From Acaryochloris thomasi RCC1774 (GTDB taxonomy: Bacteria; Cyanobacteriota; Cyanobacteriia; Thermosynechococcales; Thermosynechococcaceae), in assembly GCF_003231495.1 (NCBI RefSeq), contig NZ_PQWO01000001.1:240001-272000 (forward strand): a stretch of DNA of 32,000 bases, written 5' to 3'. Both the position numbers and the translations under genes were made by a program. This document shows positions 9,481-19,641 of the stretch, in pieces. A model generated the notes under the pieces. The model saw only the letters and a program-made list of their open reading frames with translations, ran no database searches and was not told the DNA's origin. The number at the start of each line of letters is the position of its first letter. Positions within the stretch are counted from its first letter, which is position 1.

Positions 9481-9942
9481 ATGCCCCTACCCACGAACCT
9501 CACAACCCTTGAAGGCCAGTCTCTTTCCCCCGCAACGTTAGAGAACAAAGTCATTCTCTTCGTCAACGTGGCCAGTCAGTGCGGCCTCACCCCTCAATAC
9601 AAAGGCTTAGTCGAGCTGAACAACGAATATTCTGATCGGGGCCTTGTGATTATTGGAGTGCCCTGCAACCAGTTCGGTCAGCAAGAACCCGGCAGTCCCG
9701 AAGAGATTAAAGAGTTTGCAGAAAAAAAATACGACGTTAACTTTCCTCTACTAGAAAAGCAGGACGTTAACGGCGCAAACCGCAGTCCCCTCTATCAATT
9801 TTTAGTGGGCGACGGCCCCGACATTGGTTGGAACTTCGGCAAGTTCTTAATCGACCGCAGTGGAGCCGTCGCCGAACGCTTTGAACCCCAAACCGCACCG
9901 GATGATGCAGACCTGCGAGCCGCCATCGAAAAGGCTCTGTGA
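9481..9942 (+). CDS. gpx: Glutathione peroxidase family protein
   Basis: NVASQCGLTPQYKGLVELNNEYSDRGLVIIGVPCNQFGQQEPGS and WNFGKFLIDRSG are hallmark GPx motifs. This is the Cys-type active site. Confidence 0.9.
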   Translation: MPLPTNLTTLEGQSLSPATLENKVILFVNVASQCGLTPQYKGLVELNNEYSDRGLVIIGVPCNQFGQQEPGSPEEIKEFAEKKYDVNFPLLEKQDVNGANRSPLYQFLVGDGPDIGWNFGKFLIDRSGAVAERFEPQTAPDDADLRAAIEKAL

Positions 9943-10042
9943 TCACAAACTAAGCGCAGAGAAATGGGGATGAGCAGTGCCGGGAGCATCTAACTGTTGC
10001 ACTTGGCCTTCATCCCCCAAGCGAGATAACAGCACTCAAAGT

Positions 10043-10070
10043 CCCTCGCCCAATTCTGGGCGAGGGCTTT
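10043..10070 (+). terminator. Rho-independent terminator-like hairpin downstream of gpx
   Basis: ccctcgccca (10043-10052) pairs with tgggcgaggg (10057-10066) across a 4-nt loop, followed by cttt. The U-tract is short. Confidence 0.5.
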
Positions 10071-10117
10071 AAGGTGAGGGCCGTGCAATACATTAGCTAA
10101 AGTGGGATGCTCCCTCA

Positions 10118-10750
10118 ATGTCTGACTACACATCATTTCGAGATCTATCCCCCACGGCCTATGCCGATGCCCTCGGTCGTGAGCAGTTTATGGATATCGG
10201 AATTCGAGAACTTTGGCCCCGAATCCCGAGAATTGCTGGACCCGCCTATACGGTGTACTGCCCTCCCGGCGACAACTTGATGCTCCATGCAACCATTTAC
10301 CGAGCTGAACCCGGTGCCATCATCGTGGTCGAAGCCGGAGACGTTAACTATGCGATGTCCGGCGGCAATGTTTGCGCCATTGCCCAGAAACGAGGTATCG
10401 CTGGCTTTGTCGTTGACGGCGTGGTGCGCGATCTCGCTGAAGTTCGGGACTGCGGCTTCCCAGTCTTTGCCAGGGGCGTCATTCCTATTCCAGGACGCAA
10501 GCAAACCTTAGGCACGCTCAAGCAAACAATCCAATGCGGAGGCGTTCAGGTTGAATGCGGCGATATTGTGGTGGCCGACGAAGAAGGGATTGTTGTCATT
10601 CCACAAGCCCAACAGGCATCGGCCCTACAAATTGCCAAGGCTCGCACCGATAAGGAGGCGTCTCAATCGCTAGAGGATTGGGAAACCGCCCATCGAGCTA
10701 AGGTAGAGCGCCTACTTTCAGGGCTGGGATATACAGAAACAGATGTCTAA
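10118..10750 (+). CDS. RraA family protein (RNase E regulator / HMG-aldolase-like fold)
   Basis: The layout is family-typical: GDNLMLHATIY...GAIIVVEAG...AMSGGNVCAIAQKRGIAGFVVDGVVRDLAEVRDCGFPVFARG...GDIVVADEEGIVVIP. Confidence 0.85.
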   Translation: MSDYTSFRDLSPTAYADALGREQFMDIGIRELWPRIPRIAGPAYTVYCPPGDNLMLHATIYRAEPGAIIVVEAGDVNYAMSGGNVCAIAQKRGIAGFVVDGVVRDLAEVRDCGFPVFARGVIPIPGRKQTLGTLKQTIQCGGVQVECGDIVVADEEGIVVIPQAQQASALQIAKARTDKEASQSLEDWETAHRAKVERLLSGLGYTETDV

Positions 10751-11610
10751 TGCCGAAATAACAGCACTGGAATATCGCTCTCGCGCAGCAGGTAAGCCGT
10801 TGTGCTGCCGATAATCAAACTGCGGATTCGGCTATGGCCGTAGGCTCCCATAATCAGCAGGTCCATTTGCTGCTGCTCGATGTAGCTCATAATTTCCTGT
10901 TCGGGGTGGCCCACTAAGATACGAGCGATGGGCGTAAAGCTACCGGAACGCGCTTGGGCTTCTGCTTCCTGCAGGTGGGCCTTGGCTTGCGGGTCGTCAG
11001 CCTGTTTAGCCGCAATCACGATGTGAAGTTCAAGGTCGTTAAACGCTGAAGAATTCACCAAAAACTGAAGTGCGTTTTGGCAGCTCTGACCGCCATCGTA
11101 GGCTAAGACAAGGCGGCGAATCGGCCGATAGTTTTGCGGCGTCACCAGGCAGGGCGTATTGATCGAGCGAATCACCCGCTCTATCTTCGACCCCAGATGC
11201 TCTGAATTGAAGCCGGCTCCCTCACCCCGTTGACCTAAAATCAGCAGGTCTGAGTGTTGTTCGCACTCGTGCAGGCTATCGACAAAGTAGCCGGTTTGAT
11301 GGGTCAGGGTAACCTCAGGAATTCCTAGCTCCGCCAGTGATGCCTCGGCATTTTCGAGAATGAGCTGTGATTTCTGTTGCTTAATTTTGGAGCGCTCGTA
11401 CTCTAATTCAACAAACTTGTTGAGTAGCTCCTGGGAAGCATTAATACCAATCGCGCCGCTCAGGTTTTGATTTGCCATTTTTTGCGATCTCACATCGCTG
11501 ACGTTCAGCACTTCAATCTCGGCCTCTAGACGAGGGGCAAACCAAGCCGCATAGCGATAGGAACTATCTGAGAACTCTGACCCATCGGTACAGAGCAAAA
11601 TATGCTTCAT
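10747..11610 (-). CDS. Universal stress protein with tandem Usp domains
   Basis: Two Usp-like halves are present (MKHILLCTDGSEFSDSSYRYAAW... and RRLVLAYDGGQSCQNAL...). Both have C-terminal G-x2-G-x9-G-S-type motifs (ILGQRGEG..., IMGAYGHSRIRSLIIGSTT). An AAGGA sits upstream of the ATG, 21 nt after the SulP stop. Confidence 0.85.
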   Translation of the reverse strand: MKHILLCTDGSEFSDSSYRYAAWFAPRLEAEIEVLNVSDVRSQKMANQNLSGAIGINASQELLNKFVELEYERSKIKQQKSQLILENAEASLAELGIPEVTLTHQTGYFVDSLHECEQHSDLLILGQRGEGAGFNSEHLGSKIERVIRSINTPCLVTPQNYRPIRRLVLAYDGGQSCQNALQFLVNSSAFNDLELHIVIAAKQADDPQAKAHLQEAEAQARSGSFTPIARILVGHPEQEIMSYIEQQQMDLLIMGAYGHSRIRSLIIGSTTAYLLRESDIPVLLFRH

Positions 11611-11631
11611 AACGGTTCTAATCCTTTACCT

Positions 11632-13104
11632 TTAATGGCTAGCGAGCTTGTCCATCGCACCGGGTTTATCATGCTCAGCCAGATCTTTTAGCAGGGTTTG
11701 ACTGGCTTCATTGAGGCCCACTAAGTTCACGTCTATACCGTTACGGCGAAACTTAAGCACCACCTTATCAACCGCCGCCACAGCGGACTGATCCCATAGA
11801 TGAGCGTGGGTGAGATCGATCTTGACGGACGCTAGATCCTCTTCAAAATTGAAGGCAGCGAAAAACTCATCCACTGAAACAAAAAAGATTTGACCCGCAA
11901 CGTTATAGATACGGTGCTCTCCATCCGCCGTCAGCACTGGATCGACAAACACCAGTTGGGCAATCTTACGGGAGAAAAAGATCGTGCTGAGGGCAACGCC
12001 CGTCACGACGCCAATTGCTAAATTATGGGTCCAGATAGTGATCACCACGGTTGTCACCATGACGACGGTCTCACTACGGGGGACGCGCTTGATATTCTTG
12101 ATCGATCCCCAGTTAAAGGTACCGATGGACACCATAATCATCACGGCCACCAAAGAGGCCATCGGAATCTGCTGCACCCACGGCCCCAGAACCACAATCA
12201 AAAACAGCAGAAAGACACCAGCCCAAAAGGTTGATAGGCGCTGACGCCCCCCCGACTGGATGTTAATTACCGACTGTCCAATCATGGCGCAGCCCGCCAT
12301 GCCGCCGAAGAAACCCGCGACAATATTGGCGATCCCTTGTCCCTTCGCTTCTCGGTTCTTATCGCTGGGGGTATCGGTTAGCTCATCTAGCAAAGACGCC
12401 GTGAGCAGAGATTCCAGCAGCCCGACAACAGCTAGCGGCAGGGCATAGCTGAATAGAATCTGCAGCGTCTCGAAGGTGAGCGGAATCTGAGGCAGAGCAA
12501 ACAGCGGCAGCGTTGTGGGCAACTCACCCTTATCGCCAACAATGGGAACATCTAGCCCCATGGCAATAGAGACGGCAGTTAGAGAAACAATGGCAACCAA
12601 AGGAGAGGGAAGGATCGTTGTCAGACGCGGTAGCAGGTAGATAATTGCAAGTGCGATCGCAACCATCCCGTAGGCAATGAGCGGCACATTGGTTAGCTCG
12701 GGAATCTGCGCCATAAAGATCAAAATGGCGAGGGCATTCACGAATCCGATCATCACGGCTCGCGGAATATACTTCATCTGCCGTCCCAGCTTCAGCAGAC
12801 CAAAGATAATTTGCAGCACCCCGGTCAAAATTGTCGTCGCCAGCAGGTATTCCAGGCCATGCTCTTTAACCAGATCAACCATCAGCAGCGCCATGGCTCC
12901 CGTTGCCGCCGAGATTAAGCCAGGACGTCCGCCAACGAAGGCGCTCACCACCGCAATACAAAAAGAGGCATAGAGGCCAACTTTAGGATCAACCCCGGCA
13001 ATAATGGAGAATGCGATCGCTTCAGGAATCAACGCTAAAGCCACCACCGTTCCAGCCAGAATATCGGCCTTTGTATTAGAGAACCACTCTCGCTGCCAGG
13101 TCAC
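11632..13104 (-). CDS. SulP family anion permease with a C-terminal STAS domain
   Basis: [25 protein letters not shown], multiple TM segments and the STAS-like tail ([17 protein letters not shown]...[21 protein letters not shown]) are family-typical. The maximal ORF reaches 13293, but its first ~63 aa are Cys-rich and non-membrane-like. I therefore place the start at the in-frame GTG (13104) just before WQREWFSN. The start position is uncertain. Confidence 0.8.
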   Translation of the reverse strand: MTWQREWFSNTKADILAGTVVALALIPEAIAFSIIAGVDPKVGLYASFCIAVVSAFVGGRPGLISAATGAMALLMVDLVKEHGLEYLLATTILTGVLQIIFGLLKLGRQMKYIPRAVMIGFVNALAILIFMAQIPELTNVPLIAYGMVAIALAIIYLLPRLTTILPSPLVAIVSLTAVSIAMGLDVPIVGDKGELPTTLPLFALPQIPLTFETLQILFSYALPLAVVGLLESLLTASLLDELTDTPSDKNREAKGQGIANIVAGFFGGMAGCAMIGQSVINIQSGGRQRLSTFWAGVFLLFLIVVLGPWVQQIPMASLVAVMIMVSIGTFNWGSIKNIKRVPRSETVVMVTTVVITIWTHNLAIGVVTGVALSTIFFSRKIAQLVFVDPVLTADGEHRIYNVAGQIFFVSVDEFFAAFNFEEDLASVKIDLTHAHLWDQSAVAAVDKVVLKFRRNGIDVNLVGLNEASQTLLKDLAEHDKPGAMDKLASH

Positions 13105-13564
13105 AGTACTCAAGATTAGGATGGGGTTACAGGACCATTGGACTATACGCGATCTCTCTGACCCTCCACAAGGCAAAGGAACTTGGCTGCACACAAAAAA
13201 GAGCAGGGTGCAGAATATCTGATTTTGCGTGAAAGCAGCTATATCTTTGTCTCTTTGAAATGGAGAACAGGGGTTAAGAATAGCCGTTGACACTATAGTT
13301 TCAGCTGGATATTCACACCTGTTCGAGAACTATCGGTCAAGTAAAGAGATTATTGAAGAAGTAGTAGAAGATCTGAGGATGCTTATAGAGTCAAAAGATC
13401 TGATTTGAAAGGACTTTTACCAATAACTTACAAACTTCTGCTACTTATAGGCCGCGGTCTAGCCACGCAATGCAAAGGAAGCTCGCATCAAGAGCTATAG
13501 GGGCATATTCCCATTTTGTCTCGTGCCCTTAATAGTTGAAACGTCATCGTCTCAAGAGGTACGC

Positions 13565-14044
13565 ATGGACTATTTCGGTAAAGCCAATTCGCAAAACATG
13601 CCCCAGTATTTCTTTTGGGACCATATGCATCTTGATCATAGTTCTGCCGTGCGGGCAGATGTGTCGAGGCAGAATTACTCGGTTTGTCCACGATATTGGT
13701 ATGTCGATGCGACTTCCAAATGTTCGCGCTGTAAGAAGATGTTTTGCTTCACTATCGCCGATCAAAAACGATGGTACGAGGAGCTTGGGTTCTACGTTGA
13801 CTCATATGCAAAGAATTGTCGTGCATGTAGGAACGACGAACGCAAGCAGAAGTCATTACGACAAGCATACGATCGTGACATCGAAGCAACTCTTTGCTCT
13901 AACGACATTGTGGCAAAAAAATGCTTGGCTGATGTCATTGATGAACTGTGTTCATACAATTCTGCTCTACCTGCAAAGCTTCATGAAAATCGCAGGCTCC
14001 TAAACAAGCAAATCTTGCGGCTTACTCAACAGGTAGATAAATAA
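13565..14044 (+). CDS. Hypothetical zinc-ribbon domain protein
   Basis: Two CxxC pairs are present (CSRCKKMFCFTIADQKRWYEELGFYVDSYAKNCRACR), as in the probable zinc-ribbon family. The ATG at 13565 is preceded by AAGAGG. The ORF track instead starts at the GTG at 13523. Confidence 0.5.
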   Translation: MDYFGKANSQNMPQYFFWDHMHLDHSSAVRADVSRQNYSVCPRYWYVDATSKCSRCKKMFCFTIADQKRWYEELGFYVDSYAKNCRACRNDERKQKSLRQAYDRDIEATLCSNDIVAKKCLADVIDELCSYNSALPAKLHENRRLLNKQILRLTQQVDK

Positions 14045-14253
14045 AAAGACATTGAACCGGAGTCACAAACCCAGCAGAATCCACAATAAAGATGACACGT
14101 AACCCTGGTTGGCCTATGCAACTAACCCGGCCTTCTATTCAAGCTCGATGAGCATACACATAGAGCTACAGAGGATCGCAGCTTAGTTGGAGACGCATCC
14201 AATTTTAGAGCTACTGCTGGGCAGGTCTTTTAGGAGCTATGACTGTCTTCTTA

Positions 14254-14856
14254 CTATTGAGAGAAGATCCGATTGCCGCTTTGGGCTGTATGCATAGCTC
14301 TTAGAACAACCGCCGGATCGACAAATTTACCTTTGTACTTCAAGGTCCAATGGAGATGCGCACCAGTGGTGCGGCCTGTTAGACCCACGCGTCCTAGTCT
14401 CTGACCAGCCTTAATCGTTTGTCCTTCTCGAATTTCTACACCACTGCCGCGATCAATGATGCGCCGCCCACCGCTGGCTGTCGCAAAGCCCTGTAAATGA
14501 CAGTAAACGTGAGTCCAGTCTCCAGACTGAATCCAAACGGCGGTACCGCAGGCTCCAACGCTAGTCACTTTCTTCACGCGGCCAGACCACCAGCTCCGAA
14601 TGTAGCTTCCCTTAGGTGCAGCAAAATCTAGGCCGCTGTGGAATTCACGCGAGTAGCCTCCAGTGGCAGACCGACGATACCCAAAAGCGGAAGAATATCT
14701 CTGAAAATTTTCGACGGGGAAGGAACCATTGCGCCAGATGGTTTGACTGCTAGCAGCAATCTGATTAGGTTCTCGTTGAGCAATGCCAGCATTAGGAGCA
14801 AGTCCCAGCGCCAGTATACTCGCCCCAATCATTGACAAACAGCGGTTTCGTTTCAC
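14254..14856 (-). CDS. M23 family metallopeptidase (secreted)
   Basis: The M23 zinc-ligand motifs are HSGLDFAAPKGSYIRS ... HVYCHL ... TTGAHLHWTL. The signal-like N-terminus is KRNRCLSMIGASILALGLAPNAGIAQ. The start is ambiguous: TTG 14880, GTG 14856 (preceded by GAGGA), or ATG 14832. Confidence 0.8.
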   Translation of the reverse strand: MKRNRCLSMIGASILALGLAPNAGIAQREPNQIAASSQTIWRNGSFPVENFQRYSSAFGYRRSATGGYSREFHSGLDFAAPKGSYIRSWWSGRVKKVTSVGACGTAVWIQSGDWTHVYCHLQGFATASGGRRIIDRGSGVEIREGQTIKAGQRLGRVGLTGRTTGAHLHWTLKYKGKFVDPAVVLRAMHTAQSGNRIFSQ

Positions 14857-15255
14857 AACAGCATTCCTCAACACACACAAGAAAAGTAATTAAAACCCCG
14901 AGCCGAACCCCGTTCGCAAAGGAGGTGCACCAGACAAAAACCTGGATTCCCTTATAGCGCTATCAGAGGGGACTGTCAATAGGGGTGAATATCCTTTACG
15001 TAAATAAAAATCCAGGCATTCACGCAATGGAATAACCCATCAATGCTCTACGCAGGCATGTTCATTCTTGGACCGCAATCATGACCAAAAAGTTCTCGCT
15101 CTGCATAAATTTGAGTAAGCTACGCTGCTCAGTATAGACAGAAGGCAGAGAGATGCGATCATCCCGAGGTGGTCGCCACAGATGCGACCACAAATCGACC
15201 TTCAGCTCGCCTAACGAATTCAGAGGGCATCATAAAATTTTGATTGGCGATTCTG

Positions 15256-16941
15256 CTATCCCAGGCCGAGATCGGTGACGGCCCCAAGACTACTGGACGA
15301 CACCAGCTTGGCGTACTTCGCCAGCATCCCTCGGGTGTAGCGAGGCAGAGGCGGCGTCCAGGCCGCGCGGCGCGCGGCTAGCTCGGCTTCAGATAGATTT
15401 AAATCTAGCTTCCGCTCTTGAGCATCAATGGTGATGGAGTCGCCTTCATGCACCAGCGCAATGGTGCCGCCCACCGCCGCTTCAGGGGCCACATGCCCCA
15501 CCACACGACCATAGGAACCGCCAGAGAAGCGGCCATCGGTAATTAAGCCCACGGAGTCTCCGAGGCCCGCACCAATGATGGCAGAGGTGGGAGCCAGCAT
15601 TTCACGCATCCCCGGCCCGCCTTTGGGGCCTTCGTAGCGAATCACAATCACGTCACCGGCTTGAATCTTGCCGTCTAGAATGGCGTCAAGACAGGATTCT
15701 TCTGATTCAAAGACCCGCGCTGGCCCGGTGATCTTGGGCATCTTGACGCCTGTGATTTTAGCCACTGCCCCTTCGGTCGCCAAATTCCCTTTAAGAATGG
15801 CGAGATGCCCTTGAGCATACAGAGGCTGATCCCAGGTGCGGATCACGTCTTGGTCGGGGGAGGGCGTTTCAGGAATGTCGGCTAAGACCTCGGCAACAGT
15901 TTGCCCTGTGATGGTGAGGGCGTCGCCGTGCAGCAGCCCGTGGGCCAGCAGCATTTTCATGACCTGTGGGATGCCGCCTGCTTTATGTAAATCCGTTGCT
16001 ACATAGCGTCCTGAGGGCTTCAGGTCGCAAATGACGGGAACTTTGGCGCGGATGGTTTCAAAGTCGTCCAGCGTTAAGGGAACGCCAGCAGTGCTTGCGA
16101 TCGCAAGTAAGTGCAGTACAGCATTTGTAGAGCCGCCGATGGCCATAATGGTTGCGATCGCATTTTCAAACGCTTCCCGAGTCAAAATTTGGCGGGGTAG
16201 AATTTGCTTTTTAATTGCCTCCACCAAAACAGCGCTAGATTTCTCAGCGCTATCGGCCTTTTCCGCATCCTCTGCTGCCATTGTCGAGGAATACATCAGG
16301 CTCATGCCCATCGCCTCAAAAGCTGAAGACATCGTATTGGCCGTGAACATGCCGCCGCAGGAACCCGCTCCAGGACAGGCATTTTTCTCCACCGCCATCA
16401 GTTCGGCATCGTCAATGCGACCGGCGCTGTGTTCACCCACCGCCTCAAAGGCACTCACCACCGTCAGGTCTTTGCCATCGAGATGTCCAGGCTTGATGGT
16501 GCCGCCGTATACAAAGATGGCCGGAATGTTCATACGTGCGATCGCAATCATTGCCCCTGGCATATTCTTATCGCATCCGCCAATTGCCAGCACGCCATCC
16601 ATACTTTGGCCCATACAGGCCGTTTCAATCGAGTCTGCAATCACGTCCCGAGAGACCAAAGAATACTTCATCCCCTCGGTACCCATCGAAATCCCATCGC
16701 TAATGGTGATGGTGCCGAACATCTGCGGCATAGAGCCTGCTGTTTTCAGGCCCGACTCTGCCCTTTGAGCGAGCTGATTCAGCCCCATATTGCAGGGCGT
16801 AATCGTGCTGTAGCCGTTAGCTAGCCCCACAATTGGCTTCTTAAAATCTTGGTCGCCGAACCCTGTGGCTCTCAACATGGCCCGGTTAGGTGCGCGCTGC
16901 ACGCCCTGAGTGACAGCTTGACTGCGGCGGTTGTCAGACAT
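15256..16941 (-). CDS. ilvD: Dihydroxy-acid dehydratase
   Basis: The product starts [28 protein letters not shown] and contains CDKNMPG and [14 protein letters not shown], which are IlvD/Edd signatures. I place the start at ATG 16941 (561 aa) rather than the maximal ORF start at 16995. Confidence 0.95.
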   Translation of the reverse strand: MSDNRRSQAVTQGVQRAPNRAMLRATGFGDQDFKKPIVGLANGYSTITPCNMGLNQLAQRAESGLKTAGSMPQMFGTITISDGISMGTEGMKYSLVSRDVIADSIETACMGQSMDGVLAIGGCDKNMPGAMIAIARMNIPAIFVYGGTIKPGHLDGKDLTVVSAFEAVGEHSAGRIDDAELMAVEKNACPGAGSCGGMFTANTMSSAFEAMGMSLMYSSTMAAEDAEKADSAEKSSAVLVEAIKKQILPRQILTREAFENAIATIMAIGGSTNAVLHLLAIASTAGVPLTLDDFETIRAKVPVICDLKPSGRYVATDLHKAGGIPQVMKMLLAHGLLHGDALTITGQTVAEVLADIPETPSPDQDVIRTWDQPLYAQGHLAILKGNLATEGAVAKITGVKMPKITGPARVFESEESCLDAILDGKIQAGDVIVIRYEGPKGGPGMREMLAPTSAIIGAGLGDSVGLITDGRFSGGSYGRVVGHVAPEAAVGGTIALVHEGDSITIDAQERKLDLNLSEAELAARRAAWTPPLPRYTRGMLAKYAKLVSSSSLGAVTDLGLG

Positions 16942-17053
16942 TTGAATGGGATTCCTATGAAAGCAATGGAACCTAGCATTGGCTAGGCTCGTCACTGATC
17001 GTACTCCGTTTCGGGGTTACTTACATCTCCTATCGGCGTGTCGTATTTCACCT

Positions 17054-17677
17054 ATGGCTCAGCAACCTCAGCGTCCCCCTTTAAGTTCAGCCACTCCAGA
17101 GACAGCCATCGATGAATCCTGGTGGCTAGATCTTTTCAAGACCATTGCCTTGAGCCTTTTTCTTGCCTTCGGCATTCGCACCTTTGTCGCTGAAGCACGC
17201 TACGTTCCCACGGGGTCTATGAAGCCGACCATCGCCATCAACGATCGCCTCATTGTTGATAAAGTCACCTTTCGGCTGCGTCAGCCCGTCCGCGGAGACA
17301 TTATTGTTTTCAAGCCCACTGCGGCGCTGCGTGAGCAAGGCTATAGCGACACCTTTGTGAAACGCATCGTTGGCCTCCCCGGAGATCGAATCGAGATTAA
17401 AGAAGGGGCCGTATTCATTAACGGCACCCAGCTACAGGAAGGCTATGTCGCGAACGGTGACCAAACTTTCACGGATCTCTGTCACAGTGGCAAGACAATT
17501 CCGGCAACCGCCTTCTTAGATCAGCCTCGCGCCATTCCGGCCAACAGCTACCTTGTCTTAGGAGACAACCGGCACAACAGCCACGATGGTCGCTGCTGGG
17601 GCCTGGTTTCGAGCCAGGAATTAGTCGGACGGGCCATGCTCCGATACTGGCCGCTCAATCGATTTTCCTCTCTCTAA
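17054..17677 (+). CDS. lepB: Signal peptidase I (paralogue 1)
   Basis: The catalytic Ser box is PTGSMKPTI and the Lys box is VKRIVGLPGD. GDNRHNSHDGRCWG is also present. I prefer the ATG at 17054 to the TTG at 16979, which would overlap the ilvD 5' region. Confidence 0.85.
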   Translation: MAQQPQRPPLSSATPETAIDESWWLDLFKTIALSLFLAFGIRTFVAEARYVPTGSMKPTIAINDRLIVDKVTFRLRQPVRGDIIVFKPTAALREQGYSDTFVKRIVGLPGDRIEIKEGAVFINGTQLQEGYVANGDQTFTDLCHSGKTIPATAFLDQPRAIPANSYLVLGDNRHNSHDGRCWGLVSSQELVGRAMLRYWPLNRFSSL

Positions 17678-17817
17678 AATTGCCTGCACTTCATGTCTTT
17701 TATCCCAGCACGAACGTCCACTGAAGCGAGTCAGCACCTTCTCCTCAGCCTCGGGGATTGTGCTATAAATCAACTTACTGGGAAACCTAGTTCAATAGAT
17801 GGTATTAAACAGTATTA

Positions 17818-18477
17818 ATGTCTAAAAATAGTCACCAGCAGCCGAATTCCTCCAAAACGCAAGAAATAAACGACACAGAGGAGTCTTGGTGGCTAGAAGC
17901 GATTAAAACCATCGGTTTAAGCCTATTTTTGGCCTTTGGCATTCGCACCTTTGTTGCAGAGGCTCGTTATATTCCCTCCGGTTCGATGGAGCCGACATTG
18001 CAAATCAACGATCGCCTGATTATTGATAAAGTGAGCTACGATTTCCGTAAGCCAGTACGCGGCGATATTGTGGTTTTCAACCCCACCCAAGCCCTGAAAG
18101 ACCAAGGATTTGATGATGCCTTTATCAAGCGCATTGTTGGGGTTGCTGGCGATAAGATTGAGATCCAAGACGGGACCGTGCTGCTCAACGGTCAGCCCTT
18201 GAAAGAACTCTACGTTGCCAACGGCGATGACACCCTCGTCGATACCTGCGGTGGCGGTCCGAGTGGCTCCGCTCCTGCCTTTCTGCAAAACCCCCAAACC
18301 ATTCCAGAGAACAGCTACTTGGTTCTGGGAGACAACCGCCACAATAGCTATGATGGCCGCTGTTGGGGAGTTGTTGCTGATGATGAGTTAGTGGGACGGG
18401 CTGTCTTTCGCTTTTGGCCCCTCCATCGCCTAGGCACCATTCCTGAGCCAAAGGTCTCAGAGCCAGGTGAGAGCTGA
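17818..18477 (+). CDS. lepB: Signal peptidase I (paralogue 2)
   Basis: PSGSMEPTL, IKRIVGVAGD and GDNRHNSYDGRCWG are present. It aligns without difficulty to the upstream paralogue over its whole catalytic region. Confidence 0.85.
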   Translation: MSKNSHQQPNSSKTQEINDTEESWWLEAIKTIGLSLFLAFGIRTFVAEARYIPSGSMEPTLQINDRLIIDKVSYDFRKPVRGDIVVFNPTQALKDQGFDDAFIKRIVGVAGDKIEIQDGTVLLNGQPLKELYVANGDDTLVDTCGGGPSGSAPAFLQNPQTIPENSYLVLGDNRHNSYDGRCWGVVADDELVGRAVFRFWPLHRLGTIPEPKVSEPGES

Positions 18478-18520
18478 CGCTTTACCCATCGCTTACTCGT
18501 CTTGGCTTGCCTATTACTAG

Positions 18521-18551
18521 ATTCGTGCTTTTGTGCAGGCCAAGCACGAAT
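18521..18551. terminator. Hairpin between convergent lepB-2 and the GNAT gene (possible bidirectional terminator)
   Basis: attcgtgctt (18521-18530) is the exact reverse complement of aagcacgaat (18542-18551), with an 11-nt loop. It abuts the GNAT stop at 18552 and is flanked by ttt on the + side. Confidence 0.5.
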
Positions 18552-19094
18552 TTATAGATCACGGAACGCTTCGTGATATTGGATGATGCCATGAACGTCA
18601 CTGAGGCAGCTAGGGCTTAGCGCCAAGATCATAAAAGCATCATCAGGCACTTCGTAGCTGGAATGAATGTCGAAGAGACTCGCGGGCACAAAGCCAAATC
18701 TCGGGTAGTAGCTGGGATACCCCAATACAACAATCGCATCGTATTCAAGCCTGCGGCAGGCGGTAATGCCTGCTTTGATAAGTTGAGAGCCGATACCTTG
18801 GCGTTGTGCTGCAGGCAGAACGGCCATCGGAGCCAATCCCATGAGCTTTCGTTTAGAACACTCTCCGACCAAATCTACTGGGGTCAACAGAAGATGCCCG
18901 ATAACGGTGCTGCCCCGCTCTGCCACAAAGGAGAGGTAGGGAGAAGCACTCTTTCTGAGGGCATTGACGAGATTGGCCTCAGCTTCTGTTTCAAAGGTCT
19001 GCTGGTTCACAGACCAGATCGCATCAACATCTGATATCCGTTCTGGGCGAATAATTGTTTCTTCACCGGGGCTTCTTTTCTGGCTCACTGACAA
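18552..19094 (-). CDS. GNAT family N-acetyltransferase
   Basis: The acetyl-CoA binding motif is LAPMAVLPAAQRQGIGSQLIKAG. The C-terminal YYPRFGFVPA is typical of YhbS-like GNATs. Confidence 0.8.
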   Translation of the reverse strand: MSVSQKRSPGEETIIRPERISDVDAIWSVNQQTFETEAEANLVNALRKSASPYLSFVAERGSTVIGHLLLTPVDLVGECSKRKLMGLAPMAVLPAAQRQGIGSQLIKAGITACRRLEYDAIVVLGYPSYYPRFGFVPASLFDIHSSYEVPDDAFMILALSPSCLSDVHGIIQYHEAFRDL

Positions 19095-19186
19095 CCTCTT
19101 GCTTGTCGTCGCTCTCTAGGCTGCGGTCAATCGCTCTCCCAATTCACCAGCTATGGTGTAAGACACCTACTCCTGCAACTTGAGTT

Positions 19187-19606
19187 ATGACTTCTGAGAA
19201 TATCACTCTGCTTCGAATCGGCGAGCTGCACAGGGTCAGTCAAGTCCCCATCAAAACTATTCGCTACTACGAAGCGCTGGGACTCATTCAGGCAGATCAG
19301 CGAACTGAGGGCGGGTTTCGCCTCTTTTACCCTGAGGTCGCCGACCGGCTCGCCTTCATCAAACGAACCCAAAGCCTCGGGTTCAGTCTCGAAGAGATCG
19401 GGCATATTCTAAACATTCATGATCAAGGAGAGCTGCCCTGTGCAGAAGTTCGACAGCAGCTGCAGATAAAGATTACTGAGATCGATCAGCGCATTGCCCA
19501 ACTCCAAACTTTGCGGACAGAGCTGATATCTTTAACCTCTGAATCCCCTAGTCTGGAAGAAATCTCAGACGATGTTATTTGTCCGATACTGCAGTCTCCA
19601 GGGTAA
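19187..19606 (+). CDS. MerR family transcriptional regulator (metal/redox-responsive type)
   Basis: The N-terminal HTH is LRIGELHRVSQVPIKTIRYYEALGLI. RTEGGFRLFYPEVADRLAFIKRTQSLGFSLEEI follows, then a coiled-coil dimerisation helix. Cys residues occur at PCAEV and VICPIL. Confidence 0.85.
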   Translation: MTSENITLLRIGELHRVSQVPIKTIRYYEALGLIQADQRTEGGFRLFYPEVADRLAFIKRTQSLGFSLEEIGHILNIHDQGELPCAEVRQQLQIKITEIDQRIAQLQTLRTELISLTSESPSLEEISDDVICPILQSPG

Positions 19607-19641
19607 GTTTTCCAGACATTAGCTACGGGAAACTCTAGCCT

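Noticed and set aside
13536-14003. The 155-aa alternative-frame ORF overlapping the zinc-ribbon gene, and the minus-strand ORFs at 13488-13765.
   Set aside because: They are out-of-frame overlaps with no recognisable motifs. The frame carrying the CxxC...CxxC zinc-ribbon signature and an AAGAGG-ATG start is the better supported one.
15079-15255. A short minus-strand frame just downstream of ilvD (…DLWSHLWRPPRDDRISLPSVYTEQRSLLKFMQSENFLVMIAVQE).
   Set aside because: It has only about 40 codons, no ATG or GTG start and no recognisable family. I cannot support it as a gene.
16031-16824. Long plus-strand ORFs (245 aa and 131 aa) inside the ilvD region.
   Set aside because: They are antisense to a confidently identified, GC-rich gene and have low-complexity A/S/P-rich translations. 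This is the typical shadow-ORF pattern.
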